The notes under the pieces: model-generated | What the model was told of the DNA's origin: nothing | The model's database searches: none | What the model saw: the letters and a program-made list of their open reading frames with translations, nothing else | Part shown: piece by piece, positions 18,579 through 28,321 of the stretch | Position numbering within the stretch: the first letter of the stretch is position 1 | How the letters are laid out: every line of letters begins with the position of its first letter | Assembly: GCA_963663385.2 (NCBI GenBank) | Contig: CAXXXD010000002.1 | Coordinates: 1,408,001 to 1,472,000 of the forward strand | From: Oceanispirochaeta sp. | GTDB lineage: Bacteria; Spirochaetota; Spirochaetia; DSM-2461 | Length of the DNA stretch: 64,000 nt | Reading direction: 5' to 3' | Made by a program: the position numbers and the translations under genes

Positions 18579-19907
18579 TTAATCCGAAAGATTATCCATA
18601 CATTTCCAGAGACGGGCGGCCTGTTCCCGGGCCTCCTCGTAAATTCCTGCTGTTTCAAAGGGAAACTCACGATCTTTCAATACGACATTTCCGTTAATCA
18701 CAACAGATCTGACTGATGTGGCAGACTGTCCGAACGCAATATGACCGGCAATGTTTTCGGCACGCAGGGGGGTTGGGGCGTTATAGTCCGATACGACCAG
18801 ATCCGCCTTGAACCCTTTTTCAATTTTCCCGAAACGGTCTTCGAAATTCCTTTCCAGAAGGGTATTCCCGCTGTGGAGGAACTGCATCAGATCGCCCGGC
18901 CAGAGCGGTCCGCCGGCATCTCTGTGTTTGAAGAAGGCAAATTTGAATTCTTCCCACATATCCGTACCGATCCCGTCTGTTCCGAAGGCTACATTTTTAA
19001 CATCACTCAAATGACTTTGAACACCCACATTGTTATTCATATTGGAACGGAAGTTTACAACCAGAAAGCTGTTCCTTTCATTCAGGATCTGCCTGTCCCT
19101 GTCGGACAGGTATAATCCATGGGCGATCAGAGCTTTACTGTTCATCAAACCCATATCATCCAGCCGCTCCAGAAGATCTTTTCCGTAGAAGTGGTGCGAC
19201 CAGGATGCGTCGTATTTATCTTCCGCCACATGGATATGAAATCCTCTACCCGTCTGTTCTACCGCTTCAGCCAGCTGCTTCAGTCCCCGGTCGGGAATAG
19301 TGAAAGGCGCATGGCCGCCGATATGTGCTTCAAAAAGACCGGACCAGCTGCCATTCGCTTTCTCTTCGTCAATCTCACGGGCAAAACGGATATTTTCGGC
19401 AATCCCCGATTCCATCTCTTCTATGCTGTTGCGATCGGATGTTTCAAAACAGGTCATACCCCGCAGTCCCACCTGTTCAAAGCTCTCTTTCAGTACGCTG
19501 AGAGAGCCGTCAATAAAGGACGGGGACGCATGGTGATCAATTACCGAGGTTGTTCCGTTGCGGACGGCGTCAAGGCAGCATATCAGTCCGCTGCTCTTCA
19601 GACTGTCCCTGTCCAGAGCCCTGTCCAGTCTCCACCAGAGATTCTTCAGGGTGGAGATAAAATCGGGAGAAGGTTTGATATCCGCCATGATTCCCCGGGC
19701 CAGACCGGAATAGAAGTGGTTGTGGCTGCAGACAAGCCCGGGATGGACAATCGCCCCTTTTACATCCCAGACTTCATCCGCATTCATACCGTCCGCCGCT
19801 CCGGGACCGGCAGCCACAATCAGATCTTTGTCAACAACAATATCCCAGCCGTTGTGAACTTCGGCAGGCTGAAAATTTACAACAGTAGCATTTTTAATTA
19901 TCAGCAT
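18579..19907 (-). CDS. ssnA: Aminohydrolase SsnA
   Basis: CSHNHFYSGLARG, LKNLWWRLDRAL, DHHASP, HAPFT, HIHVAE, SNMNNNVG, GTDGIG. Start at MLIIKNA after AGGAGG. Confidence 0.9.
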   Translation of the reverse strand: MLIIKNATVVNFQPAEVHNGWDIVVDKDLIVAAGPGAADGMNADEVWDVKGAIVHPGLVCSHNHFYSGLARGIMADIKPSPDFISTLKNLWWRLDRALDRDSLKSSGLICCLDAVRNGTTSVIDHHASPSFIDGSLSVLKESFEQVGLRGMTCFETSDRNSIEEMESGIAENIRFAREIDEEKANGSWSGLFEAHIGGHAPFTIPDRGLKQLAEAVEQTGRGFHIHVAEDKYDASWSHHFYGKDLLERLDDMGLMNSKALIAHGLYLSDRDRQILNERNSFLVVNFRSNMNNNVGVQSHLSDVKNVAFGTDGIGTDMWEEFKFAFFKHRDAGGPLWPGDLMQFLHSGNTLLERNFEDRFGKIEKGFKADLVVSDYNAPTPLRAENIAGHIAFGQSATSVRSVVINGNVVLKDREFPFETAGIYEEAREQAARLWKCMDNLSD

Positions 19908-19920
19908 GGAATTCCTCCTG

Positions 19921-22900
19921 TTACTTGTCAACACTGCCTGTGTACCAGGGGTACTCGGTCAGTACTTTACTGATAACGGCAGCCGTTTTAACACCTTCTG
20001 TTCCATCCGGAACAGGTCCTGTCAGTTTTCCCTTGCTCCAGTTTAGGTTGAACACTTTACCGCTCAGACGAAGCAGCACATCCTCGCCATTCACAAAAAA
20101 TCCCCTGTTTTCACTGTTTTCAAAATCCTCTTTCAGACTGAATACAGTAATTTTGTCTTTGTAGGGTCTTCCCTCCCAGGGGCAGAAACGGGCACAGTTG
20201 CCGCATTCGTTGCAGTAGGCATCCACATGGAGAATCTGGGTCTCCTGATTAAAAACATCCTTTCCCGTCTGTATAACGACATTGGCCCGGTTGGGGCAGA
20301 CATCGACGCATTTATTGCAGATTGTACTGCACTGCAGGCAGCGGGAGGCTTCCTCTTTTGCCCAGGCTGCAAAATCATCCCGAAGGTTAGAGCCGGAAGC
20401 CTTTATCACACTTTTTCTGGACCTGAGGTCACGGGTCTCTTCGTCGGATAATTTTTCTGTCTCCGCCGGGGGGAGTGTTACTCCTTTTTCGCCCAGAATG
20501 TGGTTCACAGCTTTGCGGGCGCTTCCCATGGCTCCTACGATTGACAGGGGTCCGGTCAGGGCGTCTCCGCAAATGTATACGCCGGGCAGTTCGGTTTCGT
20601 TGGTTTCGGAATTGACATCAACCCATTTACCGGGAACAGGGAGTCCCATTGTCTTCAGAGCATCCCTGTCAACTGTTTCTCCGATTGCGGTAATCAGGGT
20701 ATCAACGGGGAACTCTTCCACTTCCTCGGTGGCTACAGGCCGCCTGCGGCCGGATTCATCCGCTTCGCCCAGGGTCATAACGGTGCAGCTCATTTTGCCG
20801 TTTCCGGTAAATTCGGCTGGATTCCTTAAAAAATAGAAACTGATTCCTTCCGCAAGGGCATCGTAATACTCTTCTCTGTCGGCAGGCATTTCGTTCAGGG
20901 TCCTTCTGTAGATAACCCGAACCTCTTTTACCCCCGGCAGCCTCTTTGCGGAGCGCGCGCTGTCCATGGCTGTGTTTCCGCCGCCGACAACGGCTACGTA
21001 CTCTCCGATATCCGTTTTTTCAGGCCGGGTTCTGAAGGCATTCAGGAAGTCCAGCGATGTCATTACATTGCCGCCGGGCAGGTTCAGTTTATTATCCTTT
21101 TCCGCTCCAATTCCGATGATAACCTTATCAAAACCTTTTTTCTTAAGGTTTTCAACAGTCGCATCTTTTACACCAAAGCGAAAATTTACGCCGTGGGCGC
21201 GGATAAACTCCAGGTCTTTCTCAATTTCCTCTGCGGGCATTCTGAAAGAGGGGAGAACATGGCTGATAACCCCGCCGGGTTTCTCTTCTTTTTCAAAGAC
21301 CGTGACCTGTGCTCCTCCGCGGCGGAGAAAATAGGCAGCCGCCAGACCGGCGGGGCCGGCTCCGATAACCGCAACATTTACAGCCGTGTCCGAGGAGGGG
21401 GAGCTGAACGCTTCGATATACTCCCTCCATCCCTGTTGAGCCGCGATTTTTTTCATATCCCGAATCTTAACGGAACCTTCGTAATCAAGACGGGTACAGT
21501 TGTACTGGCATTTATGATCGCAGATCCAGCCCGTAATAAAGGGGAGGGGGTTTTTATTGTAGATTACATCAAGAGCCTCTGCATAGCGGCCCTGTCCGAC
21601 CAGTCTCAGGTATTCCGGAACATCCTGATGAATGGCGCAGGCCGTTTGACAGGGAGCAACCGCACAGTCGTAAAGGGGCAGAGCCTCTCCGGTGCTGATT
21701 ACATCAATCCCCCGCCACTCTTTTTTGTATTCCGGGGCATTCAGCGCCTTGTGGACCAGTTTTTCCAGGGCGTCAATATCGATTCCCTTTCTGTTCCAGT
21801 CCGCAATATTTCCGGCTTTTTCAATTGCCCTGGACATCCGTCCGTATCCGCCGGGTTTCAGCATATCCGTTGCCATGGTGACCGGCCGGATGCCTGCTGC
21901 AAGGAGGTCCTCCATATTCAGGGAGCTGGCGCCGCCGGAAAAGGATATGGGCAGGTCTCCGTTAAACTCTTTGCTCAGTTTGAGGGCAACCTGAATGGAT
22001 ATGGGGAAGAGAGCTCTTCCGGACATATACATTTCCTCTCCGGGGAGAATATTTTTATTGTTCACCGAGCCCAGGGTATTGGTCAGTTTTACCCCAAAGG
22101 TTAATCCCTGTTCCGAAGCCAGTTTCCTGAGACGTTTCAGCATACTGACAGCATCTGGGTACTGCAGATCGTGATCAAAACTCTCCTGTTTCAGTCCCAC
22201 ATAGTCAAATCCCAGCTGATCCAGGGTAGATCTGACACCATTAAAGGTGAGCAGGGTCGGGTTCAGTTTGACAAAAGTGTGGATCTTTTTCTCTGTTAAG
22301 AGGTAAACCGCTATCTTTTCGATCTCATCCGGAGGACAGCCATGCATGGTGCTGAGTGTTACGGAGCGGCAGATCCGGGGGGAGATCCTGTCCGCCAGAG
22401 CTTTCAGGTTCTGTCTCTTTTCTTCCAGTCCGCTGCCTTTCAGGAAGTCCTTATCCTCAGCCAGTTTCTTCAGTTCCTCTCTGTAAGCGGAAAAGCGCTC
22501 TTCCCCGGAACTGTCGATCAGACGGCCTATAAACTCATCCATCCTGGGATTCTGAATCCCCTTCAGGTCATAGCCGACACTCATATTGAAAATAAACTGT
22601 TTGTCCCTATGATCTTCAAAAAGGGTCTCCGCCATATGACAGAGAAACCAGGCTTTCAGGTACTCGTCATAAGCCTTGTCCAGAGTGTATTCGGTAGACC
22701 ACTCGGTATTGAATCCTTCATCTTCCGCGTCAATACAGGGCTTTTCTATTTCCAGTGTATCCATGATCTGTACGGTTTTCAGTTCAAAGAACCTGGCGCC
22801 TGCCGCCCAGGACGTTACAATGTTCTGGGCAAGCTGGGTATGAGGACCCGCCGCCGGGCCGACAGGGGCGGCAGCGGATTCTCCAAACAGGTTCATGGGA

Positions 22901-23028
22901 TCATGGCTTTGTTTTTTCGGTCCCGACAGCTCCGGGGAGAAGCTGAAAATGCTTTTATTCAGGCTGTACTCCGAAAAAAATCTTTCAACCAGTTCGTTAA
23001 ACGGAACCGGTCTCATTAAATCGCTCAT
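19921..23028 (-). CDS. ygfK: YgfK-type FAD/Fe-S oxidoreductase (annotated as a putative selenate reductase subunit)
   Basis: GPAAGPHTQLAQN, YNTEWS-like FNTEWSTE, TLSTMHGCPPDEIE, GAGPAG, GGGNTAMD, CNKCVDVCPNRAN, CNECGNC. Confidence 0.93.
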   Translation of the reverse strand: MSDLMRPVPFNELVERFFSEYSLNKSIFSFSPELSGPKKQSHDPMNLFGESAAAPVGPAAGPHTQLAQNIVTSWAAGARFFELKTVQIMDTLEIEKPCIDAEDEGFNTEWSTEYTLDKAYDEYLKAWFLCHMAETLFEDHRDKQFIFNMSVGYDLKGIQNPRMDEFIGRLIDSSGEERFSAYREELKKLAEDKDFLKGSGLEEKRQNLKALADRISPRICRSVTLSTMHGCPPDEIEKIAVYLLTEKKIHTFVKLNPTLLTFNGVRSTLDQLGFDYVGLKQESFDHDLQYPDAVSMLKRLRKLASEQGLTFGVKLTNTLGSVNNKNILPGEEMYMSGRALFPISIQVALKLSKEFNGDLPISFSGGASSLNMEDLLAAGIRPVTMATDMLKPGGYGRMSRAIEKAGNIADWNRKGIDIDALEKLVHKALNAPEYKKEWRGIDVISTGEALPLYDCAVAPCQTACAIHQDVPEYLRLVGQGRYAEALDVIYNKNPLPFITGWICDHKCQYNCTRLDYEGSVKIRDMKKIAAQQGWREYIEAFSSPSSDTAVNVAVIGAGPAGLAAAYFLRRGGAQVTVFEKEEKPGGVISHVLPSFRMPAEEIEKDLEFIRAHGVNFRFGVKDATVENLKKKGFDKVIIGIGAEKDNKLNLPGGNVMTSLDFLNAFRTRPEKTDIGEYVAVVGGGNTAMDSARSAKRLPGVKEVRVIYRRTLNEMPADREEYYDALAEGISFYFLRNPAEFTGNGKMSCTVMTLGEADESGRRRPVATEEVEEFPVDTLITAIGETVDRDALKTMGLPVPGKWVDVNSETNETELPGVYICGDALTGPLSIVGAMGSARKAVNHILGEKGVTLPPAETEKLSDEETRDLRSRKSVIKASGSNLRDDFAAWAKEEASRCLQCSTICNKCVDVCPNRANVVIQTGKDVFNQETQILHVDAYCNECGNCARFCPWEGRPYKDKITVFSLKEDFENSENRGFFVNGEDVLLRLSGKVFNLNWSKGKLTGPVPDGTEGVKTAAVISKVLTEYPWYTGSVDK

Positions 23029-23042
23029 AATTCCCTCCTGTT

Positions 23043-24503
23043 TCAGGCTTTGTCTATCATTTCGTTGAATTCCGTGATGATTTCATCGATCTCTCCGGCC
23101 TGTTCCATTGTGCTGTTCCAGTAGTTGTCGTGGTCGTACCACTGTTCGTTCAGTTCGGACAGTTCCCGTTCCTGCTGTTCAATCCAGGTAAAGTATTTCA
23201 GGTTATGAACAGCCTTTTTATCGTAGTAGGTCAGTTCCTTGATATGATCGATAGTCTGTCCCATAAGGAGTTCCATGTCTCTTTCCGCATCTGCCTGGGT
23301 ATAGGCTCCTCTCTCATCCGCCAGTTCCTGAACACGGGATCCGTACAGTTCCATAGAGTCTGTCGCAATGGTTACAACGTAATCGGATTCGGTCAGTTCA
23401 TTGTATTTGGCGAACTTGATGGCAGCCAGAACATTAGCCACACCGGAGATACCCAGGAGGTCCAGGCTGTCTACCAGATCCGCAGAGACTCCAGCCGCTT
23501 TCAGGGTGTCCCGTCCGATTTTTTCGTTGAACATACGGATCAGTCTCATGGAGTGTTCATCATCGATCGCCGTGATGAAATCGGTGTCTTTACAGTCGTG
23601 TACCCAGGGAACATGTTTGTCTCCGATTCCTTCGATTCTGTGTCCGCCGAAACCGTTCTGGAGAAGGGTGGGGCACTGAAGGGCTTCAGCCACATTGATT
23701 TTCATCTGGGGGAATTTCTTCTTCAGGTAGTATCCGGCCGCCAGTGTTCCTCCGGATCCTGATGAAGAGATATAACCGGCCATTTTATCGCCCTCTTTCA
23801 TGTAATACCCCAGTGTTTCCTCTACGGCTGAACCGGTTACATTGTAGTGCCACAGGGGGTTGCCCATTTCATCAAACTGGTTAAAGATCCTCAGGTCCTG
23901 TCCGGACTTTCTCAGTTCCCAGCATTTGTCAAAAATCTCTTTGACATTGGATTCACAGCCAGGTGTGGCGATGACTTCGCCGGCTACTGTTTTCAGCCAT
24001 TCGAATCTCTCCTGGGACATCTCTTCGGGCAGGATGGCAATGGCTTCACAGGCCAGGAGAGAGGAAATATAGGCACCGCCGCGGCAGTAGTTACCTGTAG
24101 AGGGCCATACGGCTTTCGTCTTTTTGGGGTCGAACTGACCAGTTGTCAGTCGGGGTGCCAGACAACCGTAGGTTGCTCCTACTTTATGGGCACCCGTGGG
24201 AAACCATTTTCCGATGAGTACTATAATTTTTGCATTTGTTCCTGTCAGTTCCGGGGGCAGGACGATATGGTTTACTTTGCCAAACTGACCGCCTGACTCT
24301 TTAGGCTGGTTCTTCCATGTAATTCTGAAAAGGTTGACAGGATCGATATCCCAAAGACCGGTCTCGCTCAATTTCTTCTTGATATCTTCCGGTACAAGTT
24401 CAGGATTCTTCATCATTTCATAGGTGGGAAGTTTAATCCCTTTTTCCTTGCAGTAAGCCGCATTCTCTTTCTGTTTGTCCTTGTTAACTGTAAAATCAAT
24501 CAT
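23043..24503 (-). CDS. PLP-dependent fold-type II enzyme (beta-elimination family), function unknown
   Basis: FPTGAHKVG (PLP lysine), WPSTGNYCRGG, NQFDE, SGSGGT, HRIEGIGDKH. Confidence 0.8.
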   Translation of the reverse strand: MIDFTVNKDKQKENAAYCKEKGIKLPTYEMMKNPELVPEDIKKKLSETGLWDIDPVNLFRITWKNQPKESGGQFGKVNHIVLPPELTGTNAKIIVLIGKWFPTGAHKVGATYGCLAPRLTTGQFDPKKTKAVWPSTGNYCRGGAYISSLLACEAIAILPEEMSQERFEWLKTVAGEVIATPGCESNVKEIFDKCWELRKSGQDLRIFNQFDEMGNPLWHYNVTGSAVEETLGYYMKEGDKMAGYISSSGSGGTLAAGYYLKKKFPQMKINVAEALQCPTLLQNGFGGHRIEGIGDKHVPWVHDCKDTDFITAIDDEHSMRLIRMFNEKIGRDTLKAAGVSADLVDSLDLLGISGVANVLAAIKFAKYNELTESDYVVTIATDSMELYGSRVQELADERGAYTQADAERDMELLMGQTIDHIKELTYYDKKAVHNLKYFTWIEQQERELSELNEQWYDHDNYWNSTMEQAGEIDEIITEFNEMIDKA

Positions 24504-25696
24504 TCTTTTCCCCTTATCTCTTGAATGGTATTTATAGATTTTTCCGGCATATCAATTCCCTTAAGGGCTGTCGCCGTATCTTTAAGTCCGTTTCCCGTTG
24601 CCATTACAACAATCGTTTCATCTTTATTTATAGTATGGTGCATTTTTCGGAGACCTGCCCAGGCGGCTGCTCCGGCCGGTTCCGTGAACAGCCCCGCTGT
24701 GCGGGACAGGTGCGCCTGTGCTTCAATAATCTGTTCGTCCGTAACGGTAATTACCTCTCCGTCAAACTCCTGAAGGTATCTAAGCGCTGTATAGCCGTTC
24801 CGCGGGATATCTACGGAGATGGAATCTGCTACTGTTATACTGGTCTTGAAATCAAAGCTGCCATTTTTCCAGGCTCTGAACAAGGCGTTGCTCCCCTCAG
24901 CCTGAACCGCAGTGATTTTTGGCATCTTCTTGATCAGACCGTACTGAAGGAGGTCCTTGAATCCTTTATAGACGCCTCCCAGGATACACCCGTCACCGGT
25001 GGGTACAATAACCCTGTCAGGCGCTCTGTCTCCCAGTTCGCTGAACATATCCAGGGATACCGTCTTTTTTCCTTCCATGGTCATGGGATTCCAGGCTGTA
25101 TTTCTGTTCATCCCTCCGTATTCCCGGGAGTACTCCAGTGAAAGGTCGTATGCCTTGTCATAGTTTCCCGCAACCTTATAGAGTGTCGCTCCATAGTGCA
25201 GAGCCTGGATCAATTTGGCCGGAGGGGCTGTCTCCGGAAGGAACAGGACGATATCCTGCCCTGCCGCGGCTCCGATACCGGACATGGACGAGCCGGCATT
25301 TCCCGTTGAGGCCAGGACAATGGTGTTAATGCCGCACTGTCTGGCATAGGCAGAAACAAGAACTGAAGCCCGGTCTTTAAAAGAGCCTGTTGGATTACAG
25401 CCGTCATTCATAATAAACAGACCGGGGAGATTCATCTCCTCCCTCACTCCGGGAGGCTGCCACATTTCTCCTTTTACCCGTGGGAGGGCGGGAAAGTATT
25501 CAACAGGAACAGGAAGCATGCTGAGGGATAGAATCCCGGATGAAGGCAGAGACCCTGTTAATCTTACCTCCAGCACCCCGCGAAGGGGTTCATCTGCTTT
25601 CTGATTCTTCCGGCAGTCCGGACATGTCGTCAGTTTCGGGTCCAGATCGAAATAAGCCCCGCATTCGCTGCATTGGTATTTGAAATTCATTCGCAA
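24500..25696 (-). CDS. Threonine synthase-like PLP enzyme with N-terminal zinc ribbon
   Basis: CSEC...CPDC, NPTGSFKDR, ASTGNAG, EGKKT, PTGDG, EPAGA, TGNGLKD. Confidence 0.85.
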   Translation of the reverse strand: MRMNFKYQCSECGAYFDLDPKLTTCPDCRKNQKADEPLRGVLEVRLTGSLPSSGILSLSMLPVPVEYFPALPRVKGEMWQPPGVREEMNLPGLFIMNDGCNPTGSFKDRASVLVSAYARQCGINTIVLASTGNAGSSMSGIGAAAGQDIVLFLPETAPPAKLIQALHYGATLYKVAGNYDKAYDLSLEYSREYGGMNRNTAWNPMTMEGKKTVSLDMFSELGDRAPDRVIVPTGDGCILGGVYKGFKDLLQYGLIKKMPKITAVQAEGSNALFRAWKNGSFDFKTSITVADSISVDIPRNGYTALRYLQEFDGEVITVTDEQIIEAQAHLSRTAGLFTEPAGAAAWAGLRKMHHTINKDETIVVMATGNGLKDTATALKGIDMPEKSINTIQEIRGKE

Positions 25697-25786
25697 TCCT
25701 TTTCCTGATTAACTGTTCAGTTGAACCAAGGAACATGAAGTTGTATCAACTATTGTAACAGGTTACAGCCAGATGAAAAGCTTTAT

Positions 25787-25823
25787 TACTAATTTTTTTG
25801 TAAAATTTACAATTATTTTGTAA
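25787..25823. promoter_or_regulatory. Tandem TTACAA-N5-TTGTAA boxes upstream of the thrC-like...ygeY operon
   Basis: TACTAATTTTTTTGTAA (25787-25803) and TTACAATTATTTTGTAA (25807-25823), 20-bp period as at 5044-5080. Confidence 0.6.
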
Positions 25824-25909
25824 GTGGGGGAGTGCATTTACCTATAATTTCCCAAAGGATGAGTTGTTTTTTTCTTTACAATTCAGAGCCTTTTAAGAAT
25901 AATAGGCAC

Positions 25910-25978
25910 AGGCGCCCTCCTGTTTTGTGTTCTTTCTTTGCAGCGGTTGTTAACCGGTGTAAAGAAGGGGGCGCCTTT
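25910..25978 (+). ncRNA. Candidate structured small RNA
   Basis: Ends pair (AGGCGCCC/GGGCGCCT); internal stem TTCTTTGCA-CGGTT/AACCG-TGTAAAGAA; upstream TTTACA-N17-AATAAT. Confidence 0.4.
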
Positions 25979-26080
25979 GGACTTGAAGAATTGCTTTAAA
26001 AGTATATAGTATATGTGATGAGTAAAAGAATTATGTTAAACTCAAAGATTGATGCTTTTCAAATGGATAGATAATACCGC

Positions 26081-27238
26081 ATGTTGATTCGTTATGGTAA
26101 AAATGAAAAAGGCCGTCTGATACGACAGGCCAAAGTATATACATTAAAAGAACACGGTATCAGCCGCAAACAGCTGGATCCGGATGCTTTAAAAGTGACT
26201 GAGCGTTTGAGAAATGCCGGATATCAGGCATATATTGTCGGAGGCGCCGTAAGGGATCTCCTTATAGACAAAGCTCCTAAAGACTATGATATTGCCACTG
26301 ATGCCTATCCTTCAAGGGTCAGGAAGATTTTTCGCAATTCACGGATTATAGGAAAACGTTTCCGTCTGGTTCATGTCTATTTCCCGGGGAATAAAATCCT
26401 TGAAGTAGCAACCTTCCGTTCCCTGGACGGAAAAGATGGGCAGAATATCTACGGTTCGATAGATGAAGACGCCAAAAGAAGGGATTTTACTCTGAATGCC
26501 CTCTATTATTCTCCCAGAGAAGAACAGATAATTGATTATCATGACGGTGTGAAGGATATCCGCAGAAACCGCCTGAAAAGTGTCATACCCCTGAATACTA
26601 CTTTTGTGGAAGATCCTGTCAGGATGCTCAGGGCTGTTAAATACTCTATATCGACGGGTTCCAGAATTCCCTATCCACTGAAGAAAGCCATTAAAAAACA
26701 CTCCTCTCTTCTTGGGGATGTCTCGGTATCACGGATGACAGAGGAAATCTTTAAAATACTGCAATCCTCCTGTGCCGCACCGATTTTTCAAAGCTGCCGG
26801 GATCTTCTGCTGTTCGAATACCTCCTTCCGGGAATTCAGAAAGAATTCGACAGACCGGGAACAGGGCGATCCTTTACCAGACGTTTTTTCCAGGATATGG
26901 AAAGGCTTGATGAGTACGCACGCCGGGAGGGGGAGAATAAAACCAGGAGCCGTATGCTTCAGTATCTAACTCAGGCATGGCTTGAAGAAACCGGCGCCCT
27001 CCAGGCAGGAACCGAGAGTGTTTTTATGGATGTCGTCACTGATGTGAAGAACTGCCTGAAGCCTATGATCGCACCCAACCGGGAAGTGATGGATGCGGTA
27101 AAGCATATCTTTAAAAAGAATAACTGGAAGATTCCCCGTCGCAGACCGTCATACAGAGGAAGCGGAGTCAAGAAGGGATGGTCAGGCAAATCACCTAAAA
27201 AGAGCCTTCCCCAAAAAGCGGATCCTCTTAAAGTCTGA
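26081..27238 (+). CDS. pcnB: Poly(A) polymerase (PcnB)
   Basis: VGGAVRDL, DYDIAT, PAP-type signature IIGKRFRLVHV, RRDFTLNAL, EDPVRMLRA. Confidence 0.9.
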   Translation: MLIRYGKNEKGRLIRQAKVYTLKEHGISRKQLDPDALKVTERLRNAGYQAYIVGGAVRDLLIDKAPKDYDIATDAYPSRVRKIFRNSRIIGKRFRLVHVYFPGNKILEVATFRSLDGKDGQNIYGSIDEDAKRRDFTLNALYYSPREEQIIDYHDGVKDIRRNRLKSVIPLNTTFVEDPVRMLRAVKYSISTGSRIPYPLKKAIKKHSSLLGDVSVSRMTEEIFKILQSSCAAPIFQSCRDLLLFEYLLPGIQKEFDRPGTGRSFTRRFFQDMERLDEYARREGENKTRSRMLQYLTQAWLEETGALQAGTESVFMDVVTDVKNCLKPMIAPNREVMDAVKHIFKKNNWKIPRRRPSYRGSGVKKGWSGKSPKKSLPQKADPLKV

Positions 27239-27275
27239 CGATAGACTGCTGTTATCCTTTCAGATTGTATGGCAA

Positions 27276-28190
27276 TCAGTTCAGGGGTTTCTTTCGTTTG
27301 GATATCTTTGAAATCTCAATATCCACTTCATCAATTATAATACCGGTAAAACGTTCGATCTTGTCGAGGACGTAAGCCTGGAGTTCATGGAGCTGGCTTC
27401 CCAGCTGGCTGCCGTATCCTGCCTCAACATAAATTCGAATTTTGTAACCACGTCTGTCCCGTTTTACGGTGATCTTCATGATTTTTATTTCACTGTCGTA
27501 TTCATCGATGCAGTGAAGGATCATCTGGGACAGGGCGGCTTCTGAAATCTTGACGCTTCCTTTCTGATTCTGATTATGAAAGTGCGGGGTAACGACGGCT
27601 TTTTCAAAAATCTGAGTTTCTTTTCTGAAGCCGAAACCTTTTCTGAACAGTATTTTGATTGAGTCCGAAAGAATATGGGAATAATCCTGTTTTACCTCTA
27701 TGCTCGGAACAGGAATTATATGTTTGCCTTCTGTATAACGGGAGTGAATGGCTTTATCGATCTCTTCGCGGCTGGCTATATCCTCAATCCGGATGATCCT
27801 GGTTATGGGAGGGAGGTTAAGCCTTTCAGTCATTTTCTTTACCATCCTGTCGGATGTGCCTATAAGAAGAATTTTCTTGAGCCGGGACTTTCTGATGGCA
27901 TCTCTCACTTCCATTCTGTGTTCGGGGTTGTCAAAGAGAGCTGTTTTTATAGCTCCCATATAAAGTTTTTCCTTTTTGGCAGATCTTCCCGCTATAATAC
28001 GGTTGTCATGAATTAATAGACCGTCATCTATTATATAAGGTATGTTGTATTTCTCTGCCAGCAGCTTGGCCCTGAAGCTCTTTCCTGTACCGCTTTTACC
28101 AATCAGAGCATATACCTTGATTCCCATAATTGTCCCTTTTACCGAAGTAAAGAACTGCTGTAGTTTGTCAACTGGAACATTATTACTCAT
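27276..28190 (-). CDS. P-loop NTPase fused to an Asp23/Gls24-like C-terminal domain (start uncertain)
   Basis: GKSGTGKS, IIDDGLLI, GKHIIPVP; C-terminal GSVKISE...IERFTGIIIDEVDIEI. Confidence 0.75.
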   Translation of the reverse strand: MSNNVPVDKLQQFFTSVKGTIMGIKVYALIGKSGTGKSFRAKLLAEKYNIPYIIDDGLLIHDNRIIAGRSAKKEKLYMGAIKTALFDNPEHRMEVRDAIRKSRLKKILLIGTSDRMVKKMTERLNLPPITRIIRIEDIASREEIDKAIHSRYTEGKHIIPVPSIEVKQDYSHILSDSIKILFRKGFGFRKETQIFEKAVVTPHFHNQNQKGSVKISEAALSQMILHCIDEYDSEIKIMKITVKRDRRGYKIRIYVEAGYGSQLGSQLHELQAYVLDKIERFTGIIIDEVDIEISKISKRKKPLN

Positions 28191-28321
28191 ATAATGTAAA
28201 ATATAATCAATAGAGCCCTTCTGGTACAGTGTTTTCTTGCTTTCAATTCTTGACAAATCCCCCCTATAAACGGAAAATTATCCCCAATGGTTCGGACAGC
28301 TGCTCTAAGGGATGACAAATA

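Noticed and set aside
17312..25696. Selenocysteine recoding in the selenium-associated ygfK/ssnA/ygeY genes
   Set aside because: The ORFs are full length with no in-frame TGA; no selA/selB/selD or tRNA-Sec seen here.
25910..25978. tRNA, SRP RNA or 6S RNA
   Set aside because: No cloverleaf or T-loop, no SRP GGAA-loop motif, and too short for 6S.
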